Shown here: piece by piece, positions 57,343 to 64,000 of the stretch | How positions within the stretch are numbered: position 1 is the stretch's first letter | How the letters are laid out: every line of letters begins with the position of its first letter | Source of the DNA: Chloroflexota bacterium | Lineage (GTDB): Bacteria > Chloroflexota > Anaerolineae > Anaerolineales > Villigracilaceae | Direction of reading: 5' to 3' | NCBI GenBank assembly: GCA_016191955.1 | Contig: JACPVC010000006.1 | Coordinates: forward strand, 7,920-71,919 | Length of the DNA: 64,000 nucleotides | Notes under the pieces: model-generated | Told to the model about the DNA's origin: nothing | Seen by the model: the letters and a program-made list of their open reading frames with translations, nothing else | Databases searched by the model: none | Translations under genes and position numbers: made by a program

Positions 57343-57371
57343 ATGGTATACCAAATAACTGGATTTGTCAA
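57343..57371 (-). promoter_or_regulatory. Sigma70-type promoter of the FadR gene with overlapping palindromic operator
   Basis: TTGACA (57371-57366), 17 nt, TACCAT (57348-57343); palindrome TGGTATACCA at 57344-57353. Confidence 0.7.
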
Positions 57372-57394
57372 TACGATAATTTCGACCAAAATTC

Positions 57395-57634
57395 ATGATT
57401 AAAAGTAAGCGAATTTTTTATCAACCCCGATTACCTTCTGCTCAAGTAGAGGCTAAAGTATCTCAGCTACAGAAAGACTACAGACAAGTGCAGCAGGAGG
57501 AATTGTATTTACAAGAGGAGATCAAAAGGCTAGACGATGAACGTCAGGAATTCACTCCACAAATCAACGCACTTTATGAAAAGGAACGAGGAGTGCAGCG
57601 CACACTGACACCAATAAGCCAATTCGGAACATAA
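57395..57634 (+). CDS. Small coiled-coil ORF, possibly a gene remnant
   Basis: 79 aa with heptad-like QLQKDYRQVQQEELYLQEEIKRLDDERQEF; followed by a hairpin; a diverged homologue lies at 26111-26222. Confidence 0.4.
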   Translation: MIKSKRIFYQPRLPSAQVEAKVSQLQKDYRQVQQEELYLQEEIKRLDDERQEFTPQINALYEKERGVQRTLTPISQFGT

Positions 57635-57669
57635 CAACAAGGCGACTCAATTTCGAGTCGCCTTGTTGT
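57634..57669. terminator. Intrinsic-terminator-like hairpin
   Basis: Perfect 15-bp stem ACAACAAGGCGACTC / GAGTCGCCTTGTTGT with 6-nt loop. Confidence 0.6.
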
Positions 57670-57946
57670 GTAAAAGCCCACTCCCGGCACTGACGCGGGG
57701 GAGTGGGGCATGATCGCTTATGAGGGAGAAATCGATACCCGTAAACGAGTATTCCGCATATATGCCCCGCATTGGTTTTGACCGCTCGTTTGTAACTGGT
57801 TTGATCAGATGTCATCCAGGTCGTCATCAAAATCGCCTGACATTTCACTGGGATCAAAAGACGGTTCGTAACGAAAAGTCAAATAAAGGCGACTTGACAA
57901 TTGAAGGGTATCCAAGCATACTCATCCCAAAGGGAAAGGCAGGTAT

Positions 57947-60900
57947 ATGAATAAACGACTGGTTGTTTGGATTGTAGTGGGCATCCTTGCGGCAACTGCC
58001 GGGGGAATTATAGTAAAGCGCAATTCAGATTTAAGCCCCGATATCGGTGTGGAAGAGACTGGTCCACAAGTTGTAATGCAGTCTCCGGCAGAGGGACAAT
58101 GGCTGGACTTGAACGCTCCCATCACAATTACCTTTGACCGTGACATGGATTCCGAAAATACAGTGGATTCCTTCTCGCTTCTCGACGCGGACCTTGAGCC
58201 TGTCTCCGGCAAAATCAGTTGGGACAACGTCCGAACGTTGTCCTTCACTCCAGATGAACGATGGATCCCTTCCTCAGAATACCAGGCTGTCATTGCGAAA
58301 GGTGCCAAAGCCGCAGACGGCGAGTCTTTGCAGGATGAGATGCGTATCCGCTTTTTCACCATAGACAAATTGGGTGTCACCGATTTCTTCCCGGCAAATG
58401 GAGCCGAAACGGTGGATACGCAATCGAGTATTACGGTGGTGTTCAACCATCCCATCGTGCCGCTGACCGTCTCAAGCGTGAAAGAAAAGCTTCCCCAGCC
58501 GCTTACGATCACACCGGAGGTAAAAGGTAAAGGGGAGTGGATCAGTTCGTCGGTGTATATCTTTGAGCTAGAAAAAGGCTTGAAGAGCAATACCAAGTAT
58601 CAGGTCCGGGTGGAGGCGGGGTTGGAGGATGTAAGCGGCAACCCGATGGAGGAGTCCTATTCGGCGGAGTTCACCACGCAAAGCCCGATCATCGATTATA
58701 TACATTTTTGGTATGGACCCTGGCTGGATTACAACGGCAAATCAGACCATATTCGGTTGGATGATTCGTTGATCGTTCAATTTAATTCAAGCACGCCTAT
58801 GAACCATAAAAGCGCGGAGAAAGCCACCACGATCACGAACAAGGAAACGGACATTAAGGTTCCCTTGAAATTCGAATGGAACGAAGCAGGCAATGCGATG
58901 ACGGTGAAGCCGGTGGAACTGTACGACATCCAGAGTTTTTATCGTTTATCAATTGATGAGTCGGCGCAGGCGGAAGATGGGGGGAGCTTAGGTATTACCT
59001 GGACAACCGATTTTGCCACTGTGGGCTACCCGGCAGTAGCAGGTATTTATCCCAACTCTGACGATGAAGAGCAGAAATACTCTCCATATCTGCAAGTTAA
59101 CTTTGCCACTGCGATGGATGTAGAAAGCCTCAAGGGACATATTCAGCTTACACCGCCATTAGATGATAGTGGTGAATATTCTTCTTCTGTATATTGGAAC
59201 TCAGATTCAGTGGAATTCTACGGCTTGAAACCTTCCACCGATTATGTGGTGCGCATCCTGCCGGGCGCGCGCGATATTTACGGTAACAAGATCAAAGAGG
59301 AATACGCCTTTGCATTTACCAACCCGGCTTACAGCCCATATTCACAGTTGATGCTGCCTTACAACCCATTGACCTTCCGCTATGCCGGGACGCAGGATAT
59401 TTTTTATGAACATTTGAATGTGGAATCAGAAACGATCAATATTTATTCACTCGAATTGGATGATGTATTTTCCCTGGTGAAGGATTCCGATGCCATGCCG
59501 GAAGTGGAGTGGGACGCTCCAGCACGCAGGTGGGATTTCCAATTTGAAGACGAGTTGAACGATTTGAAGACCGAACAACTGCTTTTGGAAGATGAGCAGG
59601 GCAACCCGTTGGAACCTGGGAATTATTTCATTATGCGGAATCAGGAAGGTGTTGATGCCGTATCTTTGCAGAAGAGCTTTTTCTTCGTCGCCACCGACAA
59701 TGTAGTTCTAAAGAGTTCTTCTAATGAAGGGCTGGCATGGGTCACAGACCTCGAGAGCGGCGAGCCGCAGGCAAATGTGCCAGTTGCATTCTATGATGCG
59801 AACTACAAAAAGATTGGAGAAGGTCGCACAAACCTTGAAGGCGCGGCGCTGGTCAAAGACCTGAAATCCCAGCCAGTTTTTGCAGTTGTGGGTGATGGAA
59901 GGCATTTCGGCTTTACAGCCTTATATTGGGGTGACGGTGCAAGACCGGGGAGTTTTGGAATCAGCAGCGGATATTACGGCGAACTGAAAAGTCTCTTTGC
60001 CTACATGTACACCGACCGCGCCATTTACCGCCCCGGTCAGGTGGTGTATTTCAAGGGCATCCTCCGCAGAGACGATGATTTGCATTATTCGCTGCCCGGA
60101 GATGAGCCAGTCTATGTGATCTGCCAATTCGGCGATGAGGTTGTTTACGAGAAATATGTTTCGATCTCAGACATGGGAAGTTTCACCGATATATTGACCC
60201 TTTCCCCGAATGCTGCGGTGGGAACGTATACCATCCGCGCTTTGGGAGAAAAGGGTAACGACGATTCGGTCATCAACAGCGTCAGCTTCCGCGTAGCGGA
60301 GTATGAAAAGCCGGAGTTCGAGGTGGCGGTTGTTCCGGATAAGGCGGACCTTCTGCTCGGCGATAGCGCTACATTCAGCGTGGATGCGACATATTATTCC
60401 GGTGGCTCCGTTTCCAATGCCAGAGCGAGTTGGTATATCGAGTTGAAAGATTATGCCTTCCAACCCACGCAGGGATATGAAGGCTACAGCTTCAGCGATT
60501 GGGAACGTGATATGTACTATTCCGATGTCGACCGTCCCAGCGGTTATGTAATCAATGGTGAAGATGTGGAAATGGATGCCAAAGGGCATGTGGAAGTTTC
60601 GCAAAAGTTTTTGCCAGCAGACGTCCGCAAGAGTCAGCAGGCAACCTTCGGGGTCAATGTCACCGATGTGACTGGCAATCTGGCTAGCGGCGGCACAAGT
60701 TTTATCGTCCATCAGAGCGAGTATTACACGGGCATCCGTTCCAATTCGTACGTGGCAGTGCAGGGCGAGCCGCGAGCCTTCGATGTAGTCGCGCTCAATT
60801 GGGACTCGAACCCCGTCCCGAACCGGCAGGTAACCGTCAAGTTCGTGGAGCGGCAATGGTACAGCGTGCAGGAAAAAGACCAGCAGGGCAACCTGACGTG

Positions 60901-63868
60901 GAAAACATCGGTGAAGGAAATTCCCGCCGGGCAGCAGAATACAGTTACGGACGAAGAAGGACGCGCAACAGTCTCGTTCACACCGTCGAAGGGCGGAGTG
61001 TACAAGGCGTTGGTCACCGTCAAAGACAGCAAGGGAAATCCAAATCAAGCCTCGACCTATATCTGGGTGGCAGGGACAGATTATGTGCCGTGGCGACAGA
61101 CCAATGACCATTCGTTCAGTCTGATCGCGGATAAGGAACTCTACAACCCCGGCGATACCGCGAAGTTGTTGATCGCCCAGCCTTTTGAAGGCGAGGTTTA
61201 TGCGTTGGTGACGTATGAGCGCGGTCACATTTACAAGAATGAGGTCTTGAAGTTGACCGGCAATAGCACGATCTATGAACTGCCCATCACAGATGAGTTT
61301 GCGCCGATTGCCTATGTTTCTGTGACGGTCATCAGCGGGGTAAATGATTCGGGGGTGCCGAACTACAAAGTGGGCATGGCAACGATCAACATCGATACGG
61401 CTCAAAAGGAATTGAATGTAACGGTCACTTCGGATAAGCAGACAGCGGGACCCGGTGACGAGATAACTTATTCCATTAAGACCGCCGATTACACGGGCAA
61501 GCCGGTGATTGCCGATGTCTCTTTGGCAGTCATTGACAAAGCCGTGCTGGCATTGACCGGACCGAACAGCCAACCCATGCTGGAAAGTTTCTATGCTCCT
61601 CGCGCTTTGAGCATTCTGACTGCCAACGGTTTGATCACCAGTGCCGATGCCTATAATCAGGAATTCCGCGAAGCATTGAACGACGGTTCATCGGCTGGCG
61701 GCGGTGGCGGCGGCAGTGAAGGCGTGATCACCGTGCGTGAGGATTTCAAAGATACGGCTGTCTTTCGGGCACAAGTCACAACCGATGAGAACGGCGAGGC
61801 GCAAGTCACATTCACCTTGCCGGAGAATCTCACCACCTGGGTGGCGGATGTCCGTGCTGTGACGGAGGATAGTTTGGTGGGTGAAGGTTCGACGGAGATG
61901 CAAACCAACAAGCCGTTGTATGTGCAGATCCAAACTCCGCGCTTCTTTATGGCAGGGGATGAAGTGGAGATCGGCGCGGCAATTCACAACAATACCAAGC
62001 GAGACCTGGCTGTGGATGTGACCCTCGAAGCCGAAGGCTTGGAACTGACCGCTGAAACAAAACAGCGTGTGGATGTACCCGCTGGTCAGCAAGTGTATGT
62101 TACCTGGAACGGCGCAGTGGATTCCAATGCCGAACGGGTCGACCTTACAGCCACAGCCGTCAGCGGTGAATATAGTGATGCCAGTAAACCATCCCTGGGT
62201 ACGCTGCCGGGGCAGGGCATTCCTGTCCATCACTATACCGTGCAGGAGACAGTGGGCACAACGGGCATGATCACCGGGCGCGGTTCGGTGACGGAGGCAT
62301 TGTTATTGCCGGACCCATCTGCATACACCAACGCTTCGATGGATGTCCAAATTTCGCCTTCGTTGGTTGCGTCCATTCAGCCAAGCCTGACTTATCTTGA
62401 AGATTTCCCCTACTTGTGCATGGAGCAGACTGTCTCGCGTATTTTGCCGAACGTTATTACCAAACGCATTTTGGACGAAGCAGGTGTTGCTAACGAGTTA
62501 AGCGCGAATTTGGATGAACAAGTCAATGAAGCCTTGCAGCGCATCTATGCAAATCAATACTATGACAACGGCTGGAGTTGGTGGGGCGGCGTCGAAAGCG
62601 ACCCCTATGTATCGGCATATGTCGTTTATGGTTTGCTTGAAGCTCAGAAGGCGGGTTATCCCATTTCTGACGTAGTCTTGAAAAACGGCTTGACTTATCT
62701 AAAAAACAACCTGCCTTATCTCAACGACAACGCGCCTGCTTGGGAACGAAACCGCCAGGCATTCATTCTGTATGTGTTGGCGGTGGGTAATGAATTAACT
62801 TCCGGCTCTTCGGAGTTGAATTACCTTTACGATAACAATGATCGCCTAAACTTGTATGGAAAAGCCTACCTGGCGCAGACGCTTCATTTGCTAGACCCGG
62901 AAGATGAGCGCATCCCTTCGCTTCTTTCGGACCTCCAAGCTACTGCTGTGCTTTCGGCTTCAGGCGCCCATTGGGAGGAGGACTTCCGGGATTATTACAA
63001 CTGGAATTCAGATATCCGCACCACGGCAATTGTCTTGAACGCCTACGTGCAAATCGACCCGGAGAATCCCACCACTATGAATGCCGTCCGCTGGTTGATG
63101 GCGAACCGCAACGGCGACCGTTGGTCGTCCACGCAGGAAACGACTTGGACTCTGATCGCATTGGTCAACTGGCTGGCGAAGCAGGGTGAGTTCCAAACGC
63201 AATATAACTATGCCGTTGGCTTGAACGGTGAGACATTGACCGAAGGCAAAACCGACCCGCAGCACCTCACCGAAACCACCGAATTGAAGATCGAGTTGGA
63301 AAAGATGTTGAAGGATGAAACCAACTTCCTCGTCGTCTCGCGTGGAAGCGGCGAAGGCAACCTGTATTACACCGCTTTCATGAATGCCACGCTGAATGTA
63401 CCGGACGTGGAACCCGTGGAGCGGGGTATTTTCATCAAACGCGAGTATTTCACTTTAGATGATGAAGAGACTCCCGTCACATCCGCGGAGATGGGCGACC
63501 TGTTGCATGTGCGCCTGACCGTCGTCGTGCCGTCGGCGTTGTATTATGTCGCGGTGGATGACCCGTTACCGGCGGGGTTCGAGGCGGTCGATTCCACATT
63601 GCAAACCGATACGACCGTCCCATCCACGATCACGATTGCCGGGTTGAAGGAGCGCGGCTGGGGCTGGTGGTATTTCGACAGCATCCAAATTCAGGATGAG
63701 AAGATTTCTCTTTCTGCCGATTACCTGCCCGCCGGGACGTATGTGTACACTTATCTGGTACGTGCTAGCAACCGTGGCACATTCAACGTCATGCCGCCCT
63801 CGGCGTTCGAGTTCTACTTCCCCGATGTCAGCGGGCATGGGGCGGGGAGCACGTTTACGATTAAGTAA
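57947..63868 (+). CDS. Bacterial alpha-2-macroglobulin with N-terminal Ig-like (Big_5-type) repeats
   Basis: N-terminal TM; repeated ITITFDRDMD / ITVVFNHP modules; YTDRAIYRPGQ, FRVAEYEKPEF, VREDF, LPENLTTW; thioester PYLCMEQ; WSSTQE; DDPLPAGFE. Confidence 0.95.
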   Translation: MNKRLVVWIVVGILAATAGGIIVKRNSDLSPDIGVEETGPQVVMQSPAEGQWLDLNAPITITFDRDMDSENTVDSFSLLDADLEPVSGKISWDNVRTLSFTPDERWIPSSEYQAVIAKGAKAADGESLQDEMRIRFFTIDKLGVTDFFPANGAETVDTQSSITVVFNHPIVPLTVSSVKEKLPQPLTITPEVKGKGEWISSSVYIFELEKGLKSNTKYQVRVEAGLEDVSGNPMEESYSAEFTTQSPIIDYIHFWYGPWLDYNGKSDHIRLDDSLIVQFNSSTPMNHKSAEKATTITNKETDIKVPLKFEWNEAGNAMTVKPVELYDIQSFYRLSIDESAQAEDGGSLGITWTTDFATVGYPAVAGIYPNSDDEEQKYSPYLQVNFATAMDVESLKGHIQLTPPLDDSGEYSSSVYWNSDSVEFYGLKPSTDYVVRILPGARDIYGNKIKEEYAFAFTNPAYSPYSQLMLPYNPLTFRYAGTQDIFYEHLNVESETINIYSLELDDVFSLVKDSDAMPEVEWDAPARRWDFQFEDELNDLKTEQLLLEDEQGNPLEPGNYFIMRNQEGVDAVSLQKSFFFVATDNVVLKSSSNEGLAWVTDLESGEPQANVPVAFYDANYKKIGEGRTNLEGAALVKDLKSQPVFAVVGDGRHFGFTALYWGDGARPGSFGISSGYYGELKSLFAYMYTDRAIYRPGQVVYFKGILRRDDDLHYSLPGDEPVYVICQFGDEVVYEKYVSISDMGSFTDILTLSPNAAVGTYTIRALGEKGNDDSVINSVSFRVAEYEKPEFEVAVVPDKADLLLGDSATFSVDATYYSGGSVSNARASWYIELKDYAFQPTQGYEGYSFSDWERDMYYSDVDRPSGYVINGEDVEMDAKGHVEVSQKFLPADVRKSQQATFGVNVTDVTGNLASGGTSFIVHQSEYYTGIRSNSYVAVQGEPRAFDVVALNWDSNPVPNRQVTVKFVERQWYSVQEKDQQGNLTWKTSVKEIPAGQQNTVTDEEGRATVSFTPSKGGVYKALVTVKDSKGNPNQASTYIWVAGTDYVPWRQTNDHSFSLIADKELYNPGDTAKLLIAQPFEGEVYALVTYERGHIYKNEVLKLTGNSTIYELPITDEFAPIAYVSVTVISGVNDSGVPNYKVGMATINIDTAQKELNVTVTSDKQTAGPGDEITYSIKTADYTGKPVIADVSLAVIDKAVLALTGPNSQPMLESFYAPRALSILTANGLITSADAYNQEFREALNDGSSAGGGGGGSEGVITVREDFKDTAVFRAQVTTDENGEAQVTFTLPENLTTWVADVRAVTEDSLVGEGSTEMQTNKPLYVQIQTPRFFMAGDEVEIGAAIHNNTKRDLAVDVTLEAEGLELTAETKQRVDVPAGQQVYVTWNGAVDSNAERVDLTATAVSGEYSDASKPSLGTLPGQGIPVHHYTVQETVGTTGMITGRGSVTEALLLPDPSAYTNASMDVQISPSLVASIQPSLTYLEDFPYLCMEQTVSRILPNVITKRILDEAGVANELSANLDEQVNEALQRIYANQYYDNGWSWWGGVESDPYVSAYVVYGLLEAQKAGYPISDVVLKNGLTYLKNNLPYLNDNAPAWERNRQAFILYVLAVGNELTSGSSELNYLYDNNDRLNLYGKAYLAQTLHLLDPEDERIPSLLSDLQATAVLSASGAHWEEDFRDYYNWNSDIRTTAIVLNAYVQIDPENPTTMNAVRWLMANRNGDRWSSTQETTWTLIALVNWLAKQGEFQTQYNYAVGLNGETLTEGKTDPQHLTETTELKIELEKMLKDETNFLVVSRGSGEGNLYYTAFMNATLNVPDVEPVERGIFIKREYFTLDDEETPVTSAEMGDLLHVRLTVVVPSALYYVAVDDPLPAGFEAVDSTLQTDTTVPSTITIAGLKERGWGWWYFDSIQIQDEKISLSADYLPAGTYVYTYLVRASNRGTFNVMPPSAFEFYFPDVSGHGAGSTFTIK

Positions 63869-63887
63869 CTTGTTGTATGCTCTGTTT

Positions 63888-63925
63888 TGCTCGGTTGGGG
63901 GCTTAGCCCCCAACCGAGCATTTTT
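63888..63925 (+). terminator. Rho-independent terminator of the macroglobulin gene
   Basis: Perfect 15-bp stem TGCTCGGTTGGGGGC / GCCCCCAACCGAGCA followed by TTTTT. Confidence 0.75.
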
Positions 63926-64000
63926 ATTCACTCAACACATTTACCGTAACTACATCAGTCTTGATCTTTTCCCCATTCCCATTCACTGCCTCCGCCCATA

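Noticed and set aside
57710-57871. Short frame MIAYEGEIDTRKRVFRIYAPHWF-TGA-PLVCNWF after a GGAG-containing hairpin, considered as readthrough/selenocysteine or a pseudogene
   Set aside because: No homologue recognised and no SECIS-like evidence; cannot be distinguished from chance.
60167-61573. Long antisense ORFs (468 aa here; also 1346-2194, 5044-5730, 21734-22336, 38234-38839, 52952-53611 and many shorter ones)
   Set aside because: They lie opposite or out of frame to well-supported genes, lack recognisable motifs, and are expected shadows of codon bias.
1-64000. tRNA, rRNA, riboswitch, integrase or transposase genes
   Set aside because: None recognised by eye; a covariance-model scan (Rfam, tRNAscan-SE) would be needed to exclude small RNAs.

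Overview
This 64-kb window is protein-coding-dense bacterial DNA. Gene content and protein style (PAATEAP-type lipoprotein linkers, a MalT/BTAD regulator, Big_5-type alpha-2-macroglobulin) suggest an Anaerolineae-like Chloroflexota genome; that assignment is an inference. Blocks in order: (1) a peptide/nickel-type ABC operon (-) divergent from a MalT-like STAND/wHTH-BTAD regulator; (2) a Ser/Thr kinase, lipoprotein and triple-FHA ABC exporter module (-); (3) divergent from it, a compact lipopeptide cluster with a 3250-aa FAAL-ACP-KS-AT-ACP-C-A(Gly)-PCP-reductase megasynthase, type II thioesterase, Sfp-type PPTase, GT1 glycosyltransferase and SAM methyltransferase; (4) a two-component system with a tandem four-helix sensor ahead of an ICL/PEP-mutase-family lyase, a FbpABC-type ABC transporter, prpD and a sugar-type binding protein; (5) an adenylate-cyclase pseudogene and a MacAB-like efflux operon; (6) a 15-kb sugar/uronate catabolic island (-) with a FadR regulator, SDR, cupin, CUT1 ABC, Gfo/Idh/MocA, orphan E1alpha/beta, a signal-less binding protein, VOC protein, uxaE, uxuB, LarA-family epimerase and gntK; (7) alpha-2-macroglobulin. 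No rRNA, tRNA, CRISPR array or intact transposase was recognised. Most notable: the glycine-specific, reductively released FAAL-PKS-NRPS; many unrelated REP-like palindrome families, four copies of which lie in frame inside genes (two in prpD, two in megasynthase linkers); a probable mannonate-to-gluconate epimerase bypass; and two diverged remnants of the same unidentified coiled-coil gene 31 kb apart. All analysis was by eye, with no database searches.
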